64,000 nt of DNA from Nemertoderma westbladi (lineage: Eukaryota; Animalia; Xenacoelomorpha), in contig JAUCBJ010003548.1 in NCBI GenBank assembly GCA_032718475.1, positions 1 to 64,000 of the forward strand, read 5' to 3'. The position numbers and the translations under genes are program-made. The number at the start of each line of letters is the position of its first letter. Within the stretch, counting starts at the first letter, position 1. Below are positions 23,101 through 35,714 of this stretch, piece by piece. The notes under the pieces were generated by a model, which worked only from the letters and a program-made list of their open reading frames with translations, was not told the origin of the DNA and did no database searches.

Positions 23101-25290
23101 TTGGGGAAGAGCGGGTTGTTGGTGTCAGAAACGCACGTCTACAAGATAAAAACATTGGTGAAGAGCGGGTTCGTTGGTATCAGAAACGCACGTCTACAAG
23201 TTAAAAACATTGGGGAAGAGCGGGTTCGTTGGTGTCAGAAACGCACGTCTACAAGTTAAAAACATTGGGGAAGAGCGGGTTCGTTGGTGTCAGAAACGCA
23301 CGTCTACAAGATAAAAACATTGGGGAAGAGCGGGTTCGTTGGTGTCAGAAACGCACGTCTACAAGTTAAAAACATTGGGGAAGAGCGGGTTCGTTGTTGT
23401 CAGAAACGCACGTCTACAAGATAAAAACATTGGGGAAGAGCGGGTTCGTTGGTGTCAGAAACGCACGTCTACAAGATAAAAACATTGGGTAAGAGCGGGT
23501 TCGTTGGTGTCAGAAACGCACGTCTACAAGTTAAAAACATTGGGTAAGAGCGGGTTCGTTGGTGTCAGAAACGCCCGTCTACAAGATAAAAACATTGGGT
23601 AAGAGCGGGTTCGTTGGTGTCAGAAACGCACGTCTACAAGATAAAAACATTGGGGAAGAGCGGGTTCGTTGGTGTCAGAAACGCACGTCTACAAGATAAA
23701 AACATTGGGGAAGAGCGGGTTCGTTGGTGTCAGAAACACACGTCTACAAGATAAAAACATTTGGGAAGAGCGGGTTGTTGGTGTAAGAAACGCACGTCTA
23801 CAAGTTAAAAACATTGGGGAAGAGCGGGTTCGTTGGTGTCAGAAACGCACGTCTACAAGTTAAAAACATTGGGGGAGAGCGGGTTCGTTGTTGTCAGAAA
23901 CGCACGTCTACAAGATAAAAACATTGGGGAAGAGCGGGTTCGTTGGTGTCAGAAACACACGTCTACAAGATAAAAACATTGGGGAAGAGCGGGTTGTTGG
24001 TGTAAGAAACGCACGTCTACAAGTTAAAAACATTGGGGAAGAGCGGGTTCGTTGGTGTCAGAAACGCACGTCTACAGTTAAAAACATTGGGGAAGAGCGG
24101 GTTCGTTGTTGTCAGAAACGCACGTCTACAAGATAAAAACATTGGGGAAGAGCGGGTTCGTTGGTGTCAGAAACACACGTCTACAAGATAAAAACATTGG
24201 GGAAGAGCGGGTTGTTGGTGTCAGAAACGCACGTCTACAAGATAAAAACATTGGTGAAGAGCGGGTTCGTTGGTGTCAGAAACGCACGTCTACAAGTTAA
24301 AAACATTGGGGAAGAGCGGGTTCGTTGGTGTCAGAAACGCACGTCTACAAGTTAAAAACATTGGGGAAGAGCGGGTTCGTTGGTGTCAGAAACGCACGTC
24401 TACAAGATAAAAACATTGGGGAAGAGCGGGTTCGTTGGTGTCAGAAACGCACGTCTAAGTTAAAAACATTGGTGAAGAGCGGGTTCGTTGGTGTCAGAAA
24501 CGCACGTCTACAAGTTAAAAACATTGGGGAAGAGCGGGTTCGTTGGTGTCAGAAACGCACGTCTACAAGTTAAAAACATTGGGGAAGAGCGGGTTCGTTG
24601 GTGTCAGAAACGCACGTCTACAAGTTAAAAACATTGGGGAAGAGCGGGTTCGTTGGTGTCAGAAACACACGTCTACAAGATAAAAACATTGGGGAAGAGC
24701 GGGTTGTTGGTGTCAGAAACGCACGTCTACAAGATAAAAACATTGGTGAAGAGCGGGTTCGTTGGTATCAGAAACGCACGTCTACAAGTTAAAAACATTG
24801 GGGAAGAGCGGGTTCGTTGGTGTCAGAAACGCACGTCTACAAGTTAAAAACATTGGGGAAGAGCGGGTTCGTTGGTGTCAGAAACGCACGTCTACAAGAT
24901 AAAAACATTGGGGAAGAGCGGGTTCGTTGGTGTCAAAAACGCACGTCTACAAGATAAAAACATTGGGGAAGAGCGGGTTCGTTGGTGTCAGAAACGCACG
25001 TCTACAAGTTAAAAACATTGGGGAAGAGCGGGTTCGTTGGTGTCAGAAACACACGTCTACAAGATAAAAACATTGGGTAAGAGCGGGTTCGTTGGTGTCA
25101 GAAACGCACGTCTAAGTTAAAAACATTGGGGAAGAGCGGGTTCGTTGTTGTCAGAAACGCACGTCTACAAGATAAAAACATTGGGGAAGAGCGGGTTCGT
25201 TGGTGTCAGAAACGCACGTCTACAAGATAAAAACATTGGGTAAGAGCGGGTTGTTGGTGTCAGAAACGCACGTCTACAAGTTAAAAACAT
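20080..25290. repeat. 55-bp satellite (about 95 copies) made of the acceptor and 5' end of LRP2 exon 13
   Basis: Unit AAAACATTGGGGAAGAGCGGGTTCGTTGGTGTCAGAAACGCACGTCTACAAG(A/T)TA; the leftmost copy overlaps the coding exon. Confidence 0.97.
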
Positions 25291-25515
25291 GCTACCATTT
25301 AAGGATGCAAGGCCCAGTGATCTTCTCTTAAAGGTTTACTTTTCGTAAAATTATTCGATTGTGTTTAGAAGTTGCTAGTGTTTAGCTTCAGTTAGCCACA
25401 GGGACAGGCCATAGGCATAATTTTTTTAAAATGATAGAAATAAATAAATTTGAATTGAACTGTATGGCACTCTGATAGGATTATAAGATAAGGGCGCCTG
25501 CATTAATACAATGCT

Positions 25516-25680
25516 GTTATTATTATTATTATTATTCGCACTGGCTCGTCCCTTAAAAAGCATTGAACCGAAACAAAAACGACCCTGGTCCTCATGCAAG
25601 GATCGAACCCACGGCCTCCAGAGAGATGTGAATTCAAGGAAAGGAATTTAACCAACACGAATCCGTGGGACTTACTAAAT
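25516..25680 (-). mobile_element. Putative short tRNA-derived SINE
   Basis: Minus strand has a B-box-like GGTTCGATCC (about 25599-25608) and ends in an (AAT)n tail at 25516-25536; A box unclear. Confidence 0.4.
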
Positions 25681-25709
25681 CGGGCTCGTCTGTGACTGTA
25701 ACGCCTTAC

Positions 25710-25900
25710 CTTGCCACCACGATCGAGTTTTTGTCCGTAAGGGCATCCACATCTAACTTGCCCCGCCCCTTTAGAGAAACAGAAATGTTGACATCCTCCG
25801 TTGTTTGCAGTGCAACCAGTAGCGGCTACTACCAAATCGTGGTTGACATTGATTAGTTTGGAAGCAATCACGTCCGAATGGATTACCAATGTAGGTCCAC
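25710..25900 (-). CDS. LRP2: LRP2-like exon 12 (end of propeller plus EGF)
   Basis: GCTANNGGCQHFCF..VRCGCPYGQKLDRGGK|GTAAGG. Confidence 0.88.
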
Positions 25901-26299
25901 CTGGTAGCCGATATAAAATCAATAAAAGTTAAACTTTATTAATAATAATTTATTATAATTATTGTAGTTTCATTAATATAACTAAATCTTTACAAATGGT
26001 CGATGAGCCAGCAGGTCTATACAGTAGAATCAATTATCCGCCTTAACGCCAACACAATTCTCACCTTCAATCACCGAATTTAGAGTTAAAATGCCGCATG
26101 TTGAAGCTGTAGGTCGGATAGTAGGGACATAGCGCGCAGATTATTGCGTGGCTTATTGCAAAGAGCGCTGCGCGTTTCGGTGCAATATTTGCATCGAAAA
26201 CCATAACAGGGGGGGAGAAGGTTTTAGGGTCGTTTGAAAGTTATTTAATTTTATCTCCGTAATCTTAATTTCCTCTTAATTTATTTTCGGTATACTAAC

Positions 26300-26477
26300 C
26301 GTTGATCGGAACCCGTAAGATTTCCTTTAACCGCTCGTCTATAAAGTAAATGTAACCATTGGCAACCGCTATACCGGTAGGGTCGGCTATTCGATCTACG
26401 TCGATCGTCCGACGGTCTTGTCCATCGAAAGAACACGAACTGATCGTCAGTAACAACCGGTCCGTCCAATACAACCG
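26300..26477 (-). CDS. LRP2: LRP2-like exon 11 (YWTD)
   Basis: CAG|RLYWTDR..ISSCSFDGQDRRT..PTGIAV..YIYFID..|GTTAGT. Confidence 0.88.
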
Positions 26478-26941
26478 CTGTGGGGAGAGAAAGAAAGACG
26501 ATTTCTTAATCACCCAACGATTTCCGACAAGTTTTGCTGATCCTTTGACACGGGATATTTTACATAAAATCCGCAAAATGTTAAGAGATAAAAAAAACAA
26601 GCTGCACAGGAAAAATGTGCATCAAGGAAACGGTTTACCAAGATATTCACCCACTATACACCAATAAAACACCTAATCTATGGTTTATTATGGTTGTTAT
26701 CAATTAATATCGTAAACCACAAAACTTTGTCCAAATAAATGCGGCAACAATATGGTTGTTAACTGAGTGTTCCTATAGTTACTATGCGAACGTGAAGGCT
26801 TCTTGAACTAGAGTTTCTCTACATAGTTTAAGTTCTTTTAATTTCTTTTAATGATATTAATTTGATTAAATTGTAAAAGATTTATTAAACTAATTATAAT
26901 AAATGAATATAAGGTATTCGCAATAATATTGTTTCACCAAC

Positions 26942-27074
26942 CTCATTGGCAATATCCACTGTTAGACAGAAAGGTTGACCGAGTTCCTTGGTTACTATAG
27001 CAATCTCACCAGTCCCGTCAATGAGGGAGCGTACAATGGCAGCAGGTCTGGTGGTCTGGGCCCAAAACAGAAAC
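26942..27074 (-). CDS. LRP2: LRP2-like exon 10 (YWTD)
   Basis: FLFWAQTTRPAAIVRSLIDGT..LGQPFCLTVDIANE|GTTGGT. Confidence 0.87.
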
Positions 27075-27200
27075 CTAGATGAGAACACCGGAATATAACA
27101 ACAACTTTATGAATTAATGAAAATTATATTTTTCTATATATAGAAAAGTAAACAAAATATTATAATATGAAACAAATGTGTTTATTTCCCTCGCACTAAC

Positions 27201-27411
27201 CCTGAAGGGGGATATATCGCCAAGGTGAACACGCCGTGGAGACCAGATTTAAGCGGCCGGAAGTTGGTTTCGAAAGGGGTTGATTTGTCGGTACGAATGA
27301 CAGACAAGGCACCGAAATCGGAGTCAACCCAGAATAAATTGCGAGAGGTGGGATCGTAAGCCATGGCGAACACAGACTTAATACCTCGGGGAACCAGAAC
27401 AGTGGAGGAAT
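27201..27411 (-). CDS. LRP2: LRP2-like exon 9 (YWTD)
   Basis: SSTVLVPRGIKSVFAMAYDPTSRNLFWVDS..LAIYPPSG|GTTAGT; joins exon 8 in phase across a 24-kb intron. Confidence 0.87.
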
Positions 27412-27759
27412 CTAGAAGGAGATTGTTATAGAAATATTGAAATCAATTATTATATTCTTGAATATATTGTCCAATATGCAGCAGTACAACTAATAGAATA
27501 TCAGACACAGATTAGGCCTATAATATAATAAATATAATATACAGATTAAAAAATAAATAATACACCAGAAATAACGCGATCAATAATTTATTAATCAATA
27601 AAAATGTAATATAAATGCACCTAATTACATAATATGAAAATTGGGAAAAAAAGGAGAAAAGTGCATCTAGGAGAATTCACAAAAAATAATATGCTTAAAA
27701 AAATTAATATAATTTAAATAAATATACGACCAACTGTTTAACATAAATATCTCCATACA

Positions 27760-30700
27760 TTCAGTTTAAGAGTTACACCTGAGTTATCAATGCTCCTCCT
27801 ATTAATTTATGGTTATGGTTCAGTTTAAGAGTTACCTGAGTTATCAATGCTCCTCCTATTGATAGTTATGGTTCAGTTTAAGAGTTACCTGAGTTATCAA
27901 TGCTCCTCCTATTGATAGTTATGGTTCAGTTTAAGAGTTACCTGAGTTATCAATGCTCCTCCTATTAATGGTCATGGATCAGTTTAAGAGTTACCTGAGT
28001 TATCAATGCTCCTCCTATTAATGGTCATGGTTCAGTTTAAGAGTTACCAGAGTTATCAATGTTCCTCCTATTAATTGATGGTTATGGTTCAGTTTAAGAG
28101 TTACCTGAGTTATCAATGCTCCTCCTATTAATTGATGGTTATGGTTCAGTTTAAGAGTTACCTGAGTTATCAATGCTCCTCCTATTAATGGTTATGGTTC
28201 AGTTTAAGAGTTACCTGAGTTATCAATGCTCCTCCTATTGATGGTCATGGATCAGTGTAAGAGTTACCAGAGTTATCAATGTTCCTCCTATTAATTGATG
28301 GTTATGGTTCAGTTTAAGAGTTACCTGAGTTATCAATGCTCCTCCTATTGATAGTTATGGTTCAGTTTAAGAGTTACCTGAGTTATCAATGCTCCTCCTA
28401 TTAATGGTCATGGTTCAGTTTAAGAGTTACCAGAGTTATCAATGTTCCTCCTATTAATTGATGGTTATGGTTCAGTTTAAGAGTTACCTGAGTTATCAAT
28501 GCTCCTCCTATTAATTGATGGTTATGGTTCAGTTTAAGAGTTACCTGAGTTATCAATGCTCCTCCTATTAATGGTTATGGTTCAGTTTAAGAGTTACCTG
28601 AGTTATCAATGCTCCTCCTATTGATGGTCATGGATCAGTTTAAGAGTTACCTGAGTTATCAATGCTCCTCCTATTGATGGTTATATGGTTCAGTTTAAGA
28701 GTTACCTGAGTTATCAATGCTCCTCCTATTGATGGTTATGGTTCAGTTTAAGAGTTACCTGAGTTATCAATGCTCCTCCTATTAATGGTTATGGTTCAGT
28801 TTAAGAGTTACCTGAGTTATCAATGCTCCTCCTATTAATGGTCATGGTTCAGTTTAAGAGTTACCAGAGTTATCAATGTTCCTCCTATTAATTGATGGTT
28901 ATGGTTCAGTTTAAGAGTTACCTGAGTTATCAATGCTCCTCCTATTAATGGTCATGGTTCAGTTTAAGAGTTACCAGAGTTATCAATGTTCCTCCTATTA
29001 ATTGATGGTTATGGTTCAGTTTAAGAGTTACCTGAGTTATCAATGCTCCTCCTATTAATTGATGGTTATGGTTCAGTTTAAGAGTTACCTGAGTTATCAA
29101 TGCTCCTCCTATTAATGATTATGGTTCAGTTTAAGAGTTACCTGAGTTATCAATGCTCCTCCTATTGATGGTCATGGATCAGTTTAAGAGTTACCAGAGT
29201 TATCAATGTTCCTCCTATTAATTGATGGTTATGGTTCAGTTTAAGAGTTACCTGAGTTATCAATGCTCCTCCTATTGATAGTTATGGTTCAGTTTAAGAG
29301 TTACCTGAGTTATCAATGCTCCTCCTATTAATGGTCATGGTTCAGTTTAAGAGTTACCAGAGTTATCAATGTTCCTCCTATTAATTGATGGTTATGGTTC
29401 AGTTTAAGAGTTACCTGAGTTATCAATGCTCCTCCTATTAATTGATGGTTATGGTTCAGTTTAAGAGTTACCTGAGTTATCAATGCTCCTCCTATTAATG
29501 GTTATGGTTCAGTTTAAGAGTTACCTGAGTTATCAATGCTCCTCCTATTGATGGTCATGGATCAGTTTAAGAGTTACCTGAGTTATCAATGCTCCTCCTA
29601 TTGATGGTTATATGGTTCAGTTTAAGAGTTACCTGAGTTATCAATGCTCCTCCTATTGATGGTTATGGTTCAGTTTAAGAGTTACCTGAGTTATCAATGC
29701 TCCTCCTATTGATGGTTATATGGTTCAGTTTAAGAGTTACCTGCGTTATCAATGCTCCTCCTATTAATGGTTATGGTTCAGTTTAAGAGTTACCTGAGTT
29801 ATCAATGCTCCTCCTATTAATGGTTATGGTTCAGTTTAAGAGTTACCTGAGTTATCAATGCTCCTCCTATTGATGGTCATGGATCAGTTTAAGAGTTACC
29901 TGAGTTATCAATGCTCCTCCTATTGATGGTTATATGGTTCAGTTTAAGAGTTACCTGAGTTATCAATGCTCCTCCTATTGATGGTTATGGTTCAGTTTAA
30001 GAGTTACCTGAGTTATCAATGCTCCTCCTATTGATAGTTATGGTTCAGTTTAAGAGTTACCTGAGTTATCAATGCTCCTCCTATTGATGGTTATGGTTCA
30101 GTTTAAGAGTTACCTGAGTTATCAATGCTCCTCCTATTGATGGTCATGGATCAGTTTAAGAGTTACCTGAGTTATCAATGCTCCTCCTATTGATGGTTAT
30201 ATGGTTCAGTTTAAGAGTTACCTGAGTTATCAATGCTCCTCCTATTGATGGTTATGGTTCAGTTTAAGAGTTACCTGAGTTATCAATGCTCCTCCTATTG
30301 ATAGTTATGGTTCAGTTTAAGAGTTACCTGAGTTATCAATGCTCCTCCTATTGATGGTTATGGTTCAGTTTAAGAGTTACCTGAGTTATCAATGCTCCTC
30401 CTATTGATAGTTATGGTTCAGTTTAAGAGTTACCTGAGTTATCAATGCTCCTCCTATTGATGGTTATGGTTCAGTTTAAGAGTTACCTGAGTTATCAATG
30501 CTCCTCCTATTGATGGTCATGGATCAGTTTAAGAGTTACCTGAGTTATCAATGCTCCTCCTATTAATGGTTATGGTTCAGTTTAAGAGTTACCTGAGTTA
30601 TCAATGCTCCTCCTATTGATGGTCATGGTTCAGTTTAAGAGTTACCTGAGTTATCAATGCTCCTCCTATTGATAGTTATGGTTCAGTTTAAGAGTTACCT

Positions 30701-31662
30701 GAGTTATCAATGCTCCTCCTATTGATGGTTATGGTTCAGTTTAAGAGTTACCTGAGTTATCAATGCTCCTCCTATTAATGGTTATGGTTCAGTTTAAGAG
30801 TTACCTGAGTTATCAATGCTCCTCCTATTGATGGTCATGGATCAGTTTAAGAGTTACCTGAGTTATCAATGCTCCTCCTATTGATGGTTATATGGTTCAG
30901 TTTAAGAGTTACCTGAGTTATCAATGCTCCTCCTATTGATAGTTATGGTTCAGTTTAAGAGTTACCTGAGTTATCAATGCTCCTCCTATTGATGGTTATG
31001 GTTCAGTTTAAGAGTTACCTGAGTTATCAATGCTCCTCCTATTAATTGATGGTTATGGTTCAGTTTAAGAGTTACCTGAGTTATCAATGCTCCTCCTATT
31101 GATGGTCATGGTTCAGTTTAAGAGTTACCTGAGTTATCAATGCTCCTCCTATTGATGGTCATGGTTCAGTTTAAGAGTTACCTGAGTTATCAATGCTCCT
31201 CCTATTAATGGTTATGGTTCAGTTTAAGAGTTACCTGAGTTATCAATGCTCCTCCTATTGATAGTTATGGTTCAGTTTAAGAGTTACCTGAGTTATCAAT
31301 GCTCCTCCTATTAATTGATGGTTATGGTTCAGTTTAAGAGTTACCTGAGTTATCAATGCTCCTCCTATTGATGGTCATGGTTCAGTTTAAGAGTTACCTG
31401 AGTTATCAATGCTCCTCCTATTGATGGTCATGGTTCAGTTTAAGAGTTACCTGAGTTATCAATGCTCCTCCTATTAATGGTTATGGTTCAGTTTAAGAGT
31501 TACCTGAGTTATCAATGCTCCTCCTATTGATAGTTATGGTTCAGTTTAAGAGTTACCTGAGTTATCAATGCTCCTCCTATTAATTGATGGTTATGGTTCA
31601 GTTTAAGAGTTACCTGAGTTATCAATGCTCCTCCTATTAATTGATGGTTATGGTTCAGTTTA
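27760..31662. repeat. 51-55-bp satellite, left part (3' end and donor of LRP2 exon 8)
   Basis: Unit TTCAGTTTAAGAGTTACCTGAGTTATCAATGCTCCTCCTATT(G/A)ATGGT(T/C)ATGG, interrupted by the BEL element. Confidence 0.97.
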
Positions 31663-32907
31663 TGTTCGCGCTTTCAGACCTTTGGCAGTTTAACCCACCA
31701 AATTAAGATGTCTTCTAGATATTAAATCGGTTTTTAGTCTATGACAAGTATTTGATTCACTACACTAGTCGAAACCAATCCGTGCGCGACCATTCACCCG
31801 CTGGATATTCCCGGGAGATTGGGTTCGACGGTTTAATTTTGTTGCTATGTAAGCCTAATGTATTATTCGACTGACAGTATTATATAATCTCTGACAATAT
31901 TATTTACCTTCGGGAATATTAACAGTTCCTTTAGGACGTGGCGCTTTATCTATATAAACAGAGTTATGACTTAAACTACTCACAACGATATGGCTTAATT
32001 ATAATTCACATATATGGCGCATTCTTTAGGAATTGCTTCTTTAACAGACTCACTCATACACAATGCTGCACAATACTGCACACTAATCTGCCAATCTTCA
32101 CTGATTTTAGTCACATATAAAAGGAACACAGACTGAATCATGTAGGGTCTATCAAATAACATTAGATTCACTTCAAACCACTTTAACATAAGTCACAATC
32201 GTTATGTATAACCCTTCTCTCTTACCTTCGGTATATCAAGAATATTGGGTTTCGGGGTTATTTATCGTTATTCCAAATATAATAATTCATCAACCATGTT
32301 ATGAAGAATTGACAGTAAATAGCAGTATAAAACAACAACTGAACACTGATTGTTATGAGTTTGCAATGTTTCAGCAGTCAGCATGTATGATCAGTCAGCA
32401 GTGATTCCATGAGTCAGGTAGTCGTTAGTTAAAGGATATATGCCCTTTATAATTAAACCTACTAGTGTAAGACTAAAAAACAGTAAAGCACAAAATACTT
32501 CCAAGCCGTTCTTTCTTGGGCTCAGGACTGAATGTAAACACTGCACATAGGCATTGCGTCATTTCTCGGAAATTTTCTGTACAAGGAGCCACAAAAACGC
32601 TCTAATTGGCTGACTGAACTGAGAGACGCCGTAGAACAAAGGAAATCAACACGTATGAATGTCAGCTGTTAACCGTAGTCATAGTAACTACTGTTCAAGA
32701 GTAGCTATCACCCCTTTGCGTCACGAATTGCCATAGAATCATAAAATATGCCTTTCACAGTACACATACGGAGGAAATAGGTCTTAGATCCTCTAAAAAC
32801 ACCGATACAGCAATAATACGGTCTCTTACACTTATTAAATCAACTACAGAGTATTTTAATGTAAAAGATAATAAAAATAACGGGGCAATTCAGCAAAGGC
32901 TTTTACA
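31663..32907 (-). repeat. 3' LTR (1245 bp)
   Basis: Direct repeat of 46078-47322; only one difference noticed by eye (32780 G vs 47195 A). Confidence 0.96.
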
Positions 32908-35714
32908 CCGCTCCCAGAAAATGGGATTTTCAGTCTATAAAATATAAAAATCACAGTTTCTAAAACATAAAGATACTCTAAACAGTTAGTCTTTCTTACG
33001 CAGACGGCGTTTACGCAGTTTTTTGAGGCTAGCAAGAGTCTTTTTCTCTTTGGGGGGAGCCACTTTACTAGGAGGGCCATAACTCCTGGATGAAGGGTGC
33101 AATATGATTGCATCAGAAGGTGTAGGATTGTGGTCGAGGTATCTGCCGTTTCGATATGCTTCTCCTCGAGCTGATTTTCCTCCGCTCGTAGCTGGATACG
33201 TTCATCCAAAAACTCTCGCAGAAAATAGGATCGTCCAAGTTCGATAACTTCTTGGAGATTCTGGATTTCCCAATCGAATTGAGATAAGGCCAATTCGTGT
33301 ATCGATTGGACTCACTGTGATAACTTACGTTTATCTGAACAAACGCAGGTTTCCTCCCCGATCTTTATAAAATAGCGCTTAACTCATTTCGTACAACGCT
33401 CTCCTTCACCTTGATGAGGGGTTGTATCGCGTTAAGCGTGGACGACCATACGGTTGGATAGTGATATTAGGTGTCCGCGTCACAATCCGGCTAGGTAAGA
33501 TGGGCGGCTAGCTAGAAATCACTGTCGGAGTGTTACCGATTAATTGTTAGGGTAGCACTAGATCTTTGAACAGTGAATACAGTCCGCGAGGATCCGCGAC
33601 ACCACCAAGATCGCAGGTCTGAGGCCCAACCAAGGAATGAGGAGGTTTGACCGAGTATTCCGGGACTCTGATCGTAGGTTTACTCCAGGATCGTTCGAGC
33701 CGAGTGAGCATAGGTGATACGTCAACAAGTTTCGGTTTACGTGGATGTTTATGTCTTTCCGTTTATTAGTTGGGTCTAGGGCATTTATCGTAATAATACC
33801 AAAGACGCACGTCTGGTAGGGTAAACGCGGGTGATATTTATTTGTTGTTACAATGCTTCTATCAAGAATTCCAAATATACGTTGGAGTTACCGCGTCCAT
33901 TTGTTTCTTAAGTGTCTTTTCTTTCGAGTCGATTTCGAATAGAATTTTCGCATTTGAATTTCCATTTATGGTTCCGACTCCGCTGGGCAGGATATAGTCG
34001 ACATAGTCCGTATTGTGTAAATCGATAGGATGACAAGACCATCTTCTATCAACTCCGTCATATCTGCTATATATGAGTTTATCCACATTATAATGAGTTT
34101 ATATTTAGGCGAGCGGGCGTCGCTGCCTACCCCAATCAACCCCGGACAGTACGAGATCCTCAGCGCCGATGTGTCGTCGCCGCTGTACTTTCGCCAACGA
34201 CGTAGCCGCACAACGACAACGACAACCGGCACAAGTCACTCAACTGTCCGTCCCAAAGGCTTAGATGTACTTCAGGTTTCCTTGGAGAGTTAGGTTACTT
34301 TTACGATTGCGACTAGCTACTGTAAACACACCTTAGCAGTAACATTCACCTATAAACTCACAAATACCACACACACAACTTGTCACAAATTACACACACT
34401 CGGGTCACTTGTCCGTTAGTCAATGCCTTCCAGAATGTCACTGTATTATTATGTATTCTTGGATACTATCAGTGCACTATTTATTCCCTATGCTATTCAA
34501 TGGGACAAGCTTTCTATTGTTCTTTTAACTCAATTCTAATTCTAGCGTGGTTGTTGCTATGGTGACATTATGCAAAGCTAGCGGTAGAATTAGAGTGATT
34601 CCAATGCATACAGATCTGGGATGTTATTTAATAGTAATTCTTTAATAGTCAATGTTCTGTTTTATACATGACTTTATGAATTTTATCGGCTATTGACTAT
34701 GTTTGGGAGACTTTCACACACTCATACGCATGATAAGATAAATCTCCGCTCCCTTGATCTATTAATTAATGGAATTTTGGGAACTTTATAAATTGCGTAA
34801 AAATGGCAATTTATTAAATTCATTAAAAGGCATGAATTTAAATTGATTCCCTGAAATTTTATTATTTGATAATTAAATGGACATATTTGGATTCCAGAAC
34901 ATGTCTGGGGACACAAGATCCTTAATTCTATGACAATTGTCTTTTTAAGAATATCGGTAAATACTACGATATCTTAATTGACTAGAATTATTAAAGGATC
35001 TGAATTTTACAGATTTTGATTTATTAGATTTTGCAAGTATTAATTAATTAATATTTGAGATGGGCACCGATTTATTCCAGAACTTGTCTGGGGACGTTAA
35101 CCACTGATTCCAGAATTTGTCTTTCAAGTATATCGGTGGGTGCCGCGACATCTTAATCGACTAGAATTACAGATGGTCAAAGGGTTTAACAGATTTATTT
35201 TGCGTTATACGCTACTGTTAAAGGGACATCACGCTACTATATGTATTATTTAATATACGGTATGAGAGCAATATCGCACGAAGCAATGTCAGTGTGAAGA
35301 GGCAAGTCGTTTCCAAGGTCTACCCAGAGCTTGGTTTAGCCGAGACACGAGGATCTGAACTTTGCATTCCTAATACTCTGCCTACCAATAATACTTAAAT
35401 ATAGTAGTGGCTTTATTGTACTTTAATAAGTACAGACATTTCATCTTACTGTAGTTACGTATTTATAATATAATACGGACAGTAAGGAAAGAGAAAAAAT
35501 AATTATTTCTTCGCCGTCGCACTAAATATAATATAAGTAAGTATGTACGTAATAAACACGAATATATTGCACTATTCTACAAAATAATCGCTAAATAATA
35601 TTCTACTAAATTAAATAAAACGATTATAATAAAATTACATAGTAATCCATACATAAATATAAAGATGATAAAATAATATAAAATAATAGAGTCACACGCC
35701 CACTCCGAACGATA

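Noticed and set aside
19870-24847. Many plus-strand 64-106 aa ORFs ([18 protein letters not shown]...)
   Set aside because: Translations of the 55-bp satellite, antisense to the real exon.
31938-32404. Short ORFs duplicated at 46353-46819
   Set aside because: Incidental frames inside the two LTR copies.
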